DNA of 63,920 nt, counting the filler, from Vicugna vicugna (lineage: Eukaryota): NCBI GenBank assembly GCA_013265495.1. It is 76 parts of 74 records of this genome, joined end to end, with 100 filler letters (N's around TTAATTAATTAA, not from the genome) between each part and the next. Parts side by side here need not be neighbours in the genome. Positions count along the whole stretch, not along the records: positions 1 to 1,482 come from MU058060.1; positions 1,583 to 2,458 come from PNXW01003022.1; positions 2,559 to 3,399 come from PNXW01003023.1; positions 3,500 to 5,048 come from MU058061.1; positions 5,149 to 5,577 come from MU058063.1; positions 5,678 to 6,713 come from MU058064.1; positions 6,814 to 7,334 come from PNXW01003070.1; positions 7,435 to 7,983 come from PNXW01003076.1; 68 more parts are not named here. One strand, 5' to 3'. The notes beneath the pieces were generated by a model. It did no database searches, was not told the DNA's origin, and saw only the letters and a program-made list of their open reading frames with translations. Position numbers and translations under genes: made by a program. Below, one piece after another: positions 1 to 11,907 of the stretch; position 1 is the first letter of the stretch; every line of letters begins with the position of its first letter.

Positions 1-1482
1 TAAAGTTTGCTCTGAAATAGTGAGGTCATAAAGGTCTTTTTTGCACAAATCAAAAAATTGGTTTATAATAAGCAGCATAGCTACATTTATAAAATAATAA
101 TAGGTTCAAAATTAAGAAAGTGGAGGATAATTAATTTTTTTTAAACCTGAAACATAAATTTTTTTGTGCAAATTTTGCAAATGGAAATTNNNNNNNNNNN
201 NNNNNNNNNNNNNNNNNNNNNNNNNNNNNNNNNNNNNNNNNNNNNNNNNNNNNNNNNNNNNNNNNNNNNNNNNNNNNNNNNNNNNNNNNNNNNNNNNNNN
301 NNNNNNNNNNNNNNNNNNNNNNNNNNNNNNNNNNNNNNNNNNNNNNNNNNNNNNNNNNNNNNNNNNNNNNNNNNNNNNNNNNNNNNNNNNNNNNNNNNNN
401 NNNNNNNNNNNNNNNNNNNNNNNNNNNNNNNNNNNNNNNNTATTTCCATGCATTTTATTTTTTGAAGATCACCAGGGCACATGTGGGTTTGTGCCTGCAG
501 GCTGGGATGCTGCAGGGCTCCCTGATCCATCACCATTATGTCTTAGTGCTGCTACAGTCAGTGAATGATTTTCTGTGGCTTGGAGGTAAGGTGGTCTGAT
601 GCAGATGATCAGATGTGCAGTTAAAGTGCTATTAGTTGAAATAAGAGTAACCTAGAAACATGGCTCTAACAATACAGGATGAGGGAGGAGAACTGGCTGA
701 GCTGCTTGCAGTGAGGAGTCTTCTCAGGTGACTCCCTAACCGTGTTTCCTGCCAATATCAGCCCCAGCCCTGCACGGCAGTCTTAAAATGGAAGAAAAGA
801 TTGTCAGTGAGCAATCTAAGTAAAATATTTACTCTTTTCTTTCCTGATGATGAATATGTAAGTTGTTTTCATGGCCTAAGTACATTTCCTAATTTGTGAA
901 ATTTGAGTAATATCGTTTACTTTGTCTGACTGTCAGAGTTAGACGCCTTGTATACAAAGAACCGAAGAGGTGCTTAATAAAAATGTACTGTCACAATGAC
1001 AGATATTTTAGAATGATCAACTCTGAATACTAAAGAGTGTNNNNNNNNNNNNNNNNNNNNNNNNNNNNNNNNNNNNNNNNNNNNNNNNNNNNNNNNNNNN
1101 NNNNNNNNNNNNNNNNNNNNNNNNNNNNNNNNNNNNNNNNNNNNNNNNNNNNNNNNNNNNNNNNNNNNNNNNNNNNNNNNNNNNNNNNNNNNNNNNNNNN
1201 NNNNNNNNNNNNNNNNNNNNNNNNNNNNNNNNNNNNNNNNNNNNNNNNNNNNNNNNNNNNNNNNNNNNNNNNNNNNNNNNNNNNNNNNNNNNNNNNNNNN
1301 NNNNNNNNNNNNNNNTAAAATCCACATTGATCATTTTCAGGGAATAAACTTCTCTCTTTGTGATTAAGGAAAATTTTGATTTTTTTTGCACTCTTAACAG
1401 GTTTAAAACATCAAAACGTTGATTTGACATGTCACTTTTTTAATAGAGAGAATAAAGCACATGTTGTTTTATTATGTAAATA

Positions 1483-1582
1483 NNNNNNNNNNNNNNNNNN
1501 NNNNNNNNNNNNNNNNNNNNNNNNNNTTAATTAATTAANNNNNNNNNNNNNNNNNNNNNNNNNNNNNNNNNNNNNNNNNNNN
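1483..1582. other. Artificial scaffold-joining linker N44-TTAATTAATTAA-N44 (first of about 75 copies; the last is near 63184-63283)
   Basis: Exactly 44 N, a 12-nt palindrome and 44 N (100 bp), repeated identically between unrelated sequences. TTAATTAATTAA gives TAA stops in all six frames. Confidence 0.98.
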
Positions 1583-2458
1583 ATTTCTGATTTGTGAACA
1601 TGCGTATGACTGCTGTTTTAACCACCATACAAGTTACCGATGCACTTTGAAATATTTATTTTGACTTCGTAGCTTCTTCCTATCACCAGTTGAAAAATCA
1701 CAGTTTGATCCCAGAAAAACCCTCTTGGAGCGGATTCTACACTAGAAATATGAAATTTGAATAGATTCCTTCTACATGATATTCCGTGTTCCGTACATGC
1801 TTCATACATGACGGATTCGACATACATGCATTCCTGAGTTGAGAGCATGTTCATTACTAATCTTTCATCCTCTATAAAAGGAATATTTTCATCTAGACAC
1901 GTGTACACATTTTCACAAGCTTTCCCTAACACCAGGTTCGTGTTCGTGCATTTTTTCACAGAAAAATAAGTTCTGGAGCGAATTGCACCTCAGATAAGTA
2001 ATTTAAATGAATTCCATCAACATGGCATTCCGGGTTCCGTACATGCTACATGCATGACGGTTTCGGCAATCATGTCATTCTGACTTGTGAGCATGTGTAT
2101 TACTGACCTTTCTACAACAAAAGAAGGTGTATATAGACTTAGAAACTTCTACTCTGGCTTCATAATTTTTTTCTATCACCAGGCTCTAAAATAGGACATT
2201 TGGCACCAGAAATCACTCTTTGAGCAAATTCCCATCAATACACATAAAATTTACATTGTTTACATAACCATGGCATTCGGTATTCCGAACATGTTTCATG
2301 CATCACGGATTCCTCAAACATGCATTTTTGATTGTGAACATGCGCAAGACTGATGTTTCAACCACTAAACAAGTTAACTATCCATTTTGAAATATTTTAT
2401 TTTGCCTTCGTACCTTCTGCCTATCACCAGGTTCAAGAATCACACTTTGATCCCAGAA
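1583..2458 (+). repeat. Satellite B: AT-rich ~740-bp unit made of three ~247-bp subunits
   Basis: TGAACATGCG block at ~1595 recurs at ~2335 (740 bp). The CATGACGG/CATCACGG...GAGCATG motif lies at 1807, 2053 and 2301. Confidence 0.88.
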
Positions 2459-2558
2459 NNNNNNNNNNNNNNNNNNNNNNNNNNNNNNNNNNNNNNNNNN
2501 NNTTAATTAATTAANNNNNNNNNNNNNNNNNNNNNNNNNNNNNNNNNNNNNNNNNNNN

Positions 2559-3399
2559 ATACTGAATATAGAATTTAGAATATAGAAAGTAGAACATAGG
2601 ATACAGATTATATTATTGAGAACTTAGAACATGGAATGCACAACACAGAATTAAGAATATAAAATACAGAACACTGAATATAGAATTTAGAATATAGAAT
2701 ACGGAATGCAGAATATTGAATAGAGTATACAGAATATAGAATTTAGAACACAGGGTATAGAATATGGAAACAGAATACAGAAATCAGAATTTAGAACATG
2801 GAATGCAGAACACAGAATTTAGAACTTAGAATACAGAATACTGAATATAGAATTTAGAACATGGAATGTAGAACAGAGAATTTAGAATATAGACTACAGA
2901 ACACTGAATATAGAATTTAGAATAAAGAATACAGAATACTGAATGTAGAAAACAGTATATACAATATTGAAAACAGATTACAGAACACAGAATTTATAAC
3001 ATGGAATGCAGAACACAGAATTTAGAATAGAGAATACAGGATAATGAATATAGAATTTAGAACATGGAATGCAGAACATTGAATTTAGAATATAGACAAT
3101 GGAACACTGAATATAGAATTTAGATTATAGAAAATAGAACATAGAATATAGAATATAGATTAGAGAATTTAGAATATTGAATGCAGAACACAGAATTTAG
3201 AACATAGAATACAGAATACTGAAATTAGAATTTAGAATATAGAATGTAGAAAAGAATATAGAATATGGAATACTGAATATAGAATTTAGAATAGAATATA
3301 TAGAACATAGAATAAATGATATACAAGACGGAATGCAGAATATAGAATACAGATTATAGAATGTAGAAAACAGAATATACAATATTTAAAACAGAATAC
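2559..3399 (+). repeat. Satellite E: 7-bp (AGAATAY)-derived degenerate tandem repeat
   Basis: GAA recurs every 7 nt, with variants AGAATAT, AGAATAC, AGAATTT, AGAACAT, GGAATGC, AGAACAC and TGAATAT. Confidence 0.95.
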
Positions 3400-3499
3400 N
3401 NNNNNNNNNNNNNNNNNNNNNNNNNNNNNNNNNNNNNNNNNNNTTAATTAATTAANNNNNNNNNNNNNNNNNNNNNNNNNNNNNNNNNNNNNNNNNNNN

Positions 3500-5048
3500 T
3501 TAGAATATAGAATGTAGAACACAGAATTTATAATATAGAATAGACAGAGCTGAATATATTATTTAGAATATAGAATGTAGAACATAGACATAGAATATAG
3601 AATATAGATTATATAACCCAGAATTTAGAACATGGAATGCATAACACAGAAATTAGAATATATAATACATTATAGTGATCATAGAACTTAGAACATAGAA
3701 TGCAGAACTCAGAATTTAGAATATGGAATGCAGAATACTGAATATAGGATTGAGAACATGGAGTGCAGAACACAGAATTTAAAATATAGAATACAGAATA
3801 CTTAATATTGTATTTAGAATATAGAAAGTAGATCACAGAATATTGAATAGAGAATTTTGAATATGGAAGGCAGAACACANNNNNNNNNNNNNNNNNNNNN
3901 NNNNNNNNNNNNNNNNNNNNNNNNNNNNNNNNNNNNNNNNNNNNNNNNNNNNNNNNNNNNNNNNNNNNNNNNNNNNNNNNNNNNNNNNNNNNNNNNNNNN
4001 NNNNNNNNNNNNNNNNNNNNNNNNNNNNNNNNNNNNNNNNNNNNNNNNNNNNNNNNNNNNNNNNNNNNNNNNNNNNNNNATATAGTATATGCAAAATATA
4101 GTATGTACAATCTAGAATGAAAAACACACAATTTAGAATATAGAATAGAGAATGTAGAACCCAGAATTTATAACATGGAATACAGAACACAGAATTTAGT
4201 TTATAGAATACATAATAGTGAATATAGAATTTAGAATAGAATATAGAACACAAAATTACAATATAGAATACAGAATGCTGAATATAGAATTNNNNNNNNN
4301 NNNNNNNNNNNNNNNNNNNNNNNNNNNNNNNNNNNNNNNNNNNNNNNNNNNNNNNNNNNNNNNNNNNNNNNNNNNNNNNNNNNNNNNNNNNNNNNNNNNN
4401 NNNNNNNNNNNNNNNNNNNNNNNNNNNNNNNNNNNNNNNNNNNNNNNNNNNNNNNNNNNNNNNNNNNNNNNNNNNNNNNNNNNNNNNNNNNNNNNNNNNN
4501 NNNNNNNNNNNNNNNNNNNNNNNNNNNNNNNNNNNNNNNNNNNNNNNNNNNNNNNNNNNNNNNNNNNNNNNNNNNNNNNNNNNNNNNNNNNNNNNNNNNN
4601 NNNNNNNNNNNNNNNNNNNNNNNNNNNNNNNNNNNNNNNNNNNNNNNNNNNNNNNNNNNNNNNNNNNNNNNNNNNNNNNNNNNNNNNNNNNNNNNNNNNN
4701 NNNNNNNNNNNNNNNNNNNNNNNNNNNNNNNNNNNNNNNNNNNNNNNNNNNNNNNNNNNNNNNNNNNNNNNNNNNNNNNNNNNNNNNNNNNNNNNNNNNN
4801 NNNNNNNNNNNNNNNNNNNNNNNNNNNNNNNNNNNNNNNNNNNNNNNNNNNNNNNNNNNNNNNNNNNNNNNNNNNNNNNNNNNNNNNNNNNNNNNNNNNN
4901 NNNNNNNNNNNNNNNNNNNNNNNNNNNNNNNNNATGGAATGCAGAACACAGTATTAAGAATATAGAATACAGTATAGTGCATATAGAATTTAAAATGTGG
5001 AAAGCGGAACACAGATTTTAGAATATAGAATACAGAACACTGAATATA
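3500..5048 (+). repeat. Satellite E (7-bp), gapped
   Basis: Same heptamer vocabulary as 2559-3399. Confidence 0.95.
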
Positions 5049-5148
5049 NNNNNNNNNNNNNNNNNNNNNNNNNNNNNNNNNNNNNNNNNNNNTTAATTAA
5101 TTAANNNNNNNNNNNNNNNNNNNNNNNNNNNNNNNNNNNNNNNNNNNN

Positions 5149-5577
5149 TATTTTGGATCTTAAGGATTTTATCTCTCTAATGCTTATTTAGGAATAGAAC
5201 TTAGGAGAAAAAAGAAAAAAAGAAAAAAAGAGAAAAAATAAGAGAGAGAGAGAAAGATTTTTAAAAGAAGGGAGAAAGAGGGTTTGAAAAGTGTATAATG
5301 AATAATAGAAGAGCGGGTTGAAGCAGAGTATATTAAGCNNNNNNNNNNNNNNNNNNNNNNNNNNNNNNNNNNNNAAAAAAAAGGGGGTGGGGAGATGAAT
5401 ATATGTGTTTGAAGCCTGTGTCTAATCAATAAAAGAACATCAAAACCCAAGAGAAATAGAAATGAATTAAGAAGTAAAAATTAAGAGAGTAATTGAAAAT
5501 AGAACAGGTAAAAACAGATTAGAAAAAAAACAAAAACAAAAAAACAAAAAACAAACCAAAAACAAACAAACAAAAAA
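5149..5577 (-). mobile_element. Interspersed repeat fragment, probably the low-complexity 5' region of an L1
   Basis: Homologous to ~26640-26890 (GGGTTTGAA..TGTATAAT; AAGTAAAAATTAAGAG.GTAAT.GAAAAT.GAACAGGT.AAAACAGATTA). The L1 assignment is an inference. Confidence 0.45.
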
Positions 5578-5677
5578 NNNNNNNNNNNNNNNNNNNNNNN
5601 NNNNNNNNNNNNNNNNNNNNNTTAATTAATTAANNNNNNNNNNNNNNNNNNNNNNNNNNNNNNNNNNNNNNNNNNNN

Positions 5678-6713
5678 AGGCAGCCTCTGTCACTGGGATA
5701 TCCTGCAAAACCCCTAGAATTCACTGACACAGAGATATTTGGAAAACCCTCAGGGCAGACGAGCTTAGGAATCCCGTTAGAACCCACGCGCTGCCGACCG
5801 TTGGTGGTACCTCCCCACTCTCAGCATTCCGGAACCATTGTCAGTGCGTGGGGGAGCTCGAGAGACAACTCCACGCGACTCTCTTCAGTCACAGGTTTTC
5901 CCTTTGCGGGGAAGTCCGAGAAATAATTTCCNNNNNNNNNNNNNNNNNNNNNNNNNNNNNNNNNNNNNNNNNNNNNNNNNNNNNNNNNNNNNNNNNNNNN
6001 NNNNNNNNNNNNNNNNNNNNNNNNNNNNNNNNNNNNNNNNNNNNNNNNNNNNNNNNNNNNNNNNNNNNNNNNNNNNNNNNNNNNNNNNNNNNNNNNNNNN
6101 NNNNNNNNNNNNNNNNNNNNNNNNNNNNNNNNNNNNNNNNNNNNNNNNNNNNNNNNNNNNNNNNNNNNNNNNNNNNNNNNNNNNNNNNNNNNNNNNNNNN
6201 NNNNNNNNNNNNNNNNNNNNNNNNNNNNNNNNNNNNNNNNNNNNNNNNNNNNNNNNNNNNNNNNNNNNNNNNNNNNNNNNNNNNNNNNNNNNNNNNNNNN
6301 NNNNNNNNNNNNNNNNNGCGCTGCCGAGGTGGAACCTTCCCACCCTCAGGATTCCGGAACCATTGCCAATGCGTGGGGGAGCTCGAGAGACAACTCCACG
6401 CAGCTCTCTACAGTCACAGGTGTTCCCATTCCGGGGAAGAGGAGAAATACCTTCCCTGACCTTGGGGAGGCAGCCTCTGTCTCTGGGATATCCTGCAAAG
6501 CACCCTAGTATTTTCTGGCACAGAGACATTAGGAAAACTCTCAGGGCAGACAAGCTTAGGCATCCCTTTGGAACTCACGCGCTGCCGACCGTTGTTGGAA
6601 CCTCCCCACGCTCAGGATTCCGGAACCATTGTCAGTGCGTGGGGGAGCTCGCGAGAGAACTCCACAATCAGCTCACTTCAGTCACAGGTTTTCCCTGTTC
6701 GGTGAAGTCCGTG
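5678..6713 (+). repeat. Satellite A (267-bp CpG-rich monomer), gapped
   Basis: Matches the consensus ...GAGCTTAGGCATTCCGTTAGAACCCACGCGCTGCCGACCGTTGGTGGAACCTCCCCACGCTCAGGATTCCGGAACC... Confidence 0.95.
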
Positions 6714-7434
6714 NNNNNNNNNNNNNNNNNNNNNNNNNNNNNNNNNNNNNNNNNNNNTTAATTAATTAANNNNNNNNNNNNNNNNNNNNNNNNNNNNNNN
6801 NNNNNNNNNNNNNGAGGCTGACAGAGTGACTGCGACTTCTGCTCCTTAAACACCAGCTGCCTGCCAGCACACGGTGCGCCCGTTACTGAATCATAACAAT
6901 CATCTCAGAAACTATTACTACCCCGGCACACAGGCAAGGAAATCTGAAACTCGGGGAGGAATTATTATCATCCTGGACAATGTCCCACAGCCCAGAAGTG
7001 TCAGAGCCTCCGGTAGACCCTGCACTAAAATGCTCCTCATCACCACGGGCCCTGAGCCTCAGGCTGAGGCCTCGTCAGGTCTGCACGGGCCCAGAGCACG
7101 AGGCTGTGGGACAGGGAATGCTCCCACTGGAAGTGCCAGGCCAAGACCCTCAGGAAGCTATGTAATGAAGCCAAATCCCCAAACTCATTTCCAACCCACT
7201 GCCCTGTCCAGGAGGACTGCTCGGCACATCTGCACTGTCACCTGTGCACAGGCTGTGCAAGGGGCCCAGACAGTGATGTGAATGTCCCTGTGGAAGTGGC
7301 TCAGAGACCACTTCATCACAGGACAGACTCTCCCNNNNNNNNNNNNNNNNNNNNNNNNNNNNNNNNNNNNNNNNNNNNTTAATTAATTAANNNNNNNNNN
7401 NNNNNNNNNNNNNNNNNNNNNNNNNNNNNNNNNN

Positions 7435-7490
7435 CCCAACTTAACTAAGCACAGCACTGCCTCATCAAAAATGGGGCAAATAGCATCTAG
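7435..7490 (+). mobile_element. Short MIR core-like fragment
   Basis: ACTTAACT...CCTCATCAAAAATGGGGCAAATAGCATCTA resembles the MIR core (cctcatctgtaaaatggggataataatacct). Confidence 0.35.
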
Positions 7491-8083
7491 TGTATTTTTT
7501 TTAACTAAATAAGTAATTATCCTGTTCCTACCTCAGACTATTATGATAAGACTGAGTATAAATTCTAACAACAAATAATGTACAATTCATAATTTCTACT
7601 TCATTCAAACTGCTTCTTCTATTAAATTTGAATCTTTTTTTCTTAAGACGTGTTTGTGCCATATGACCTAGTGATAAAATTTTCAACTGGCTTTTATTAA
7701 AAAAGTTCACCATAGTGCGAGTTTATTACATCAACTATTCCTTTATGGGAAACCCATGTGCCTTTTCACTCTCTATCTGTCATTAGATTTCCTGTGGAAA
7801 ATTCAATCCTTCATTCAGGAAAATGCTGAGCAATTTATCTCTTGGAAAACCGTCATATACTGCAACACAAGAAAATTAAAATGACACTGAACAGCCTGTG
7901 AAGCCGGCAGACACACACAGTGCACTGTTGTGTTCCCCCCTCGAATTTCTTTAACCAGCAGGGAAATGTGCATCTCAAGAAATNNNNNNNNNNNNNNNNN
8001 NNNNNNNNNNNNNNNNNNNNNNNNNNNTTAATTAATTAANNNNNNNNNNNNNNNNNNNNNNNNNNNNNNNNNNNNNNNNNNNN

Positions 8084-9485
8084 ACTGGGATAACCTGCAA
8101 ACCCCCCTAGCTTTCCCTGGCCCAGAGATGGTACTAAAACCCTCAGGGGAGACGAGCTAAGGCATTCCGTTAGAACCCACGCGCTGCCGACCGTTGGAGG
8201 AACTTCACGACGCTCAGGATTCCGGAACCATTGTCAGTGCATGGGGGAGTTTGAGAGAAAACTCCACGCAGCTCTCTTCAGTCACAAGTGTTCCCTGTTT
8301 GGGGAAGTCAGAGAAATACCTTCCCTGAGCTTGGGGAGGCAGCCTCTGTCACTGGGTTACCATGCAATCACCCCTAGCATTCCCTGGCACAGAGACTTTA
8401 GGAAAATCCCCAGGGGAGACGAGCTTAGGCATTCCGTTAGAACCCACGCNNNNNNNNNNNNNNNNNNNNNNNNNNNNNNNNNNNNNNNNNNNNNNNNNNN
8501 NNNNNNNNNNNNNNNNNNNNNNNNNNNNNNNNNNNNNNNNNNNNNNNNNNNNNNNNNNNNNNNNNNNNNNNNNNNNNNNNNNNNNNNNNNNNNNNNNNNN
8601 NNNNNNNNNNNNNNNNNNNNNNNNNNNNNNNNNNNNNNNNNNNNNNNNNNNNNNNNNNNNNNNNNNNNNNNNNNNNNNNNNNNNNNNNNNNNNNNNNNNN
8701 NNNNNNNNNNNNNNNNNNNNNNNNNNNNNNNNNNNNNNNNNNNNNNNNNNNNNNNNNNNNNNNNNNNNNNNNNNNNNNNNNNNNNNNNNNNNNNNNNNNN
8801 NNNNNNNNNNNNNNNNNNNNNNNNNNNNNNNNNNNNNNNNNNNNNNNNNNNNNNNNNNNNNNNNNNNNNNNNNNNNNNNNNNNNNNNNNNNNNNNNNNNN
8901 NNNAGCATTCCCTGGCACAGAGAAATTACTAAAACCCTCAGGGGAGACGAGCTTAGGCATTCCGTTAGAACCCTCACGCTGCCGACCGTTGGTGGAACCT
9001 CCCCACGCACAGGATTTCAAAACCATTGTAAGTGCGTGAGAGAGCTCGAGAGACAACTCCTCGCAGCTCTCTTCAGTCACAGGTGTTCCCTGTATGGGAA
9101 AGTCCGAGAAATAACTTCCCTGACCTTGGGGAGGCAGCCTCTGTCACTGGGATATCCTGCNNNNNNNNNNNNNNNNNNNNNNNNNNNNNNNNNNNNNNNN
9201 NNNNNNNNNNNNNNNNNNNNNNNNNNNNNNNNNNNNNNNNNNNNNNNNNNNNNNNNNNNNNNNGCTCAGGATTCCGGAACCATTGTCAGTGCGTGGGGGA
9301 GATCGAGAGACAACTCCACGCAGCTCTCTTCAGTCACAGGTGTTTCCTGTTCGGGAAAGTCCGAGAAATACTTTCCATGACCTTAGGGAGGCAGGCTATG
9401 ACACTGGGATACCCTGCAATCACCCCTAGCAATCCCTGGCGCAAAGATATTAGGAAAAGCCTCAGGGGAGACGAACCTAGGCATT
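8084..9485 (+). repeat. Satellite A (267 bp), gapped
   Basis: GACGAGCT at 8151 and 8418 gives a 267-bp period. Confidence 0.96.
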
Positions 9486-9585
9486 NNNNNNNNNNNNNNN
9501 NNNNNNNNNNNNNNNNNNNNNNNNNNNNNTTAATTAATTAANNNNNNNNNNNNNNNNNNNNNNNNNNNNNNNNNNNNNNNNNNNN

Positions 9586-9777
9586 AACCTATGAAGTCAG
9601 AGTAAATATTGCTAAGACTATATACGCCTTGTTAGGAGGGTGAAAGTTTTGTAATCCACATGCTCACAAGTCAGAAACGCATGATTGCCAAATCCGTCAT
9701 ACATGTAGCATGTACGGAACCCGGAATGCCATGTTGTTGGAATACATGTAAATTACATATCTGTTAGGTGGAAATCG
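9586..9777 (-). repeat. Satellite B fragment
   Basis: Reverse complement of ~1985-2175 (CACATGCTCACAAGTCAGAA..CATGATTGCC..ATCCGTCAT.CATGTAGCATGTACGGAACCCGGAATGCCATG). Confidence 0.9.
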
Positions 9778-9877
9778 NNNNNNNNNNNNNNNNNNNNNNN
9801 NNNNNNNNNNNNNNNNNNNNNTTAATTAATTAANNNNNNNNNNNNNNNNNNNNNNNNNNNNNNNNNNNNNNNNNNNN

Positions 9878-10146
9878 GAAAGGTCAGTAATCCACATGCT
9901 CACAAGTCAGAAACGCATTGTTGCTGAATCCGTCATGCATGTAGCATGTACAGAACCCGGAATGCCATGTTGATGGAATTCATGTAAATTACATAGCTTT
10001 TAGGTGGAAGTCGCTCCAGAATTTTTCTTTAATATTCGCCTTTTTCGGAGGATGAAAGTTTTGTAATCCACATACACACAAGTCAGAAACGCATGATTGC
10101 GAAATCCGTCATGCATGTAGCATGTACAGAACCCGGAATGCCATGT
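9878..10146 (-). repeat. Satellite B variant with a ~176-bp local period
   Basis: CACAAGTCAGAAACGCAT at 9901 and 10077. Confidence 0.85.
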
Positions 10147-10246
10147 NNNNNNNNNNNNNNNNNNNNNNNNNNNNNNNNNNNNNNNNNNNNTTAATTAATT
10201 AANNNNNNNNNNNNNNNNNNNNNNNNNNNNNNNNNNNNNNNNNNNN

Positions 10247-10955
10247 CTGCCGACCGTTGGTGGAACCTCCCCACGCTCAGGATATCGGAACGATTTTCAG
10301 TGCGTGCGAGATCTCGACAGACAAGTCCACGCAGCTCTCTTCAGTCACAGGTGTTCCCTGTTCGGGGAAGTCCGAGAAATAACTTCCCTGACCTTAGGGA
10401 GGCAGCCTCTATCACTGGGATTTCCTGCAAACCCCCCCTAGCATTCNNNNNNNNNNNNNNNNNNNNNNNNNNNNNNNNNNNNNNNNNNNNNNNNNNNNNN
10501 NNNNNNNNNNNNNNNNNNNNNNNNNNNNNNNNNNNNNNNNNNNNNNNNNNNNNNNNNNNNNNNNNNNNNNNNNNNNNNNNNNNNNNNNNNNNNNNNNNNN
10601 NNNNNNNNNNNNNNNNNNNNNNNNNNNNNNNNNNNNNNNNNNNNNNNNNNNNNNNNNNNNNNNNNNNNNNNNNNNNNNNNNNNNNNNNNNNNNNNNNNNN
10701 NNNNNNNNNNNNNNNNNNNNNNNNNNNNNNNNNNNNNNNNNNNNNNNNNNNNNNNNNNNNNNNNNNNNNNNNNNNNNNNNNNNNNNNNNNNNNNNNNNNN
10801 NNNNNNNNNNNNNNNNNNNNNNNNNNNNNNNNNNNNNNNNNNNNNNNNNNNNNNNNNNNNNNNNNNNNNNNNNNNNNNNNNNNNNNNNNNNNNNNNNNNN
10901 NNTGAAATATCTTCCCTGACTTGGGGAGGCAGCCTCTGTCACTGGGAATTCCTGC
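10247..10955 (+). repeat. Satellite A (267 bp), gapped
   Basis: Consensus match on both sides of the gap. Confidence 0.95.
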
Positions 10956-11055
10956 NNNNNNNNNNNNNNNNNNNNNNNNNNNNNNNNNNNNNNNNNNNNT
11001 TAATTAATTAANNNNNNNNNNNNNNNNNNNNNNNNNNNNNNNNNNNNNNNNNNNN

Positions 11056-11190
11056 CTCAGCTGCAAAAAAGGAGACACTGATACCTACAATCAAACACCT
11101 ACTATGAATTAAAACATGGGGAAAACATTTTAGCCTTAGGTAGGTGTCCACTCACAGTGAGTTTGGTCATTATGATGATGAGGATGGCTG
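11056..11190 (+). mobile_element. MIR 3' fragment (degenerate)
   Basis: CTCAGCTGCAAAAAAGGAGACACTGATACCTAC...TATGAATTAAA...AAAACATTTTAG...GGTCATTATGATGATG resembles the MIR core and tail. Confidence 0.45.
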
Positions 11191-11596
11191 TTAACAAATT
11201 AAGCTAGACCAAACAGGAGAAATCCCCTTAAAGGAGAAACATTTTAAGTCAATGAGCATTTCTTTTTGGATGAATTGNNNNNNNNNNNNNNNNNNNNNNN
11301 NNNNNNNNNNNNNNNNNNNNNNNNNNNNNNNNNNNNNNNNNNNNNNNNNNNNNNNNNNNNNNNNNNNNNNNNNNNNNNNNNNNNNNNNNNNNNNNNNNNN
11401 NNNNNNNNNNNNNNNNGGAGATTATACCTCATTTGGGAGAGTAAGTGCTTCACATGCATGAGGCACTCAGTTCAGTCCCCATTAACTCCATTTAAANNNN
11501 NNNNNNNNNNNNNNNNNNNNNNNNNNNNNNNNNNNNNNNNTTAATTAATTAANNNNNNNNNNNNNNNNNNNNNNNNNNNNNNNNNNNNNNNNNNNN

Positions 11597-11807
11597 TGGA
11601 GGAGTTCGAGAGACAACTCCACGCAGCTCTCTTCAGTTACAAGAGTTCCCTGTTCGGGAAAGTCCGAGAAATATCTTACCTTACCTTGGGGAGGCAGCCT
11701 CAGTCACTGGGATATCCTGCAAACTCCCCTTGCATTCCCTGGCACAGAGACATTAGGAAAATCCTCAGGGGAGACGAGCTTAGGCATTCCGTTAGAACCC
11801 AACCCAC
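11597..11807 (+). repeat. Satellite A fragment
   Basis: Consensus match. Confidence 0.95.
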
Positions 11808-11907
11808 NNNNNNNNNNNNNNNNNNNNNNNNNNNNNNNNNNNNNNNNNNNNTTAATTAATTAANNNNNNNNNNNNNNNNNNNNNNNNNNNNNNNNNNNNN
11901 NNNNNNN

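Noticed and set aside
1618..1959. 113-aa ORF with homologues at 39471-39665 and 48390-48812
   Set aside because: It lies within satellite B and the homologous copies are frameshifted or truncated, so the similarity reflects the DNA repeat.
6814..7334. 135-aa ORF in a GC-rich unique scaffold (similar cases at 56319-56647 and 56890-57213)
   Set aside because: Non-ATG or weak starts, no domain similarity, and lengths expected by chance in GC-rich mammalian DNA.
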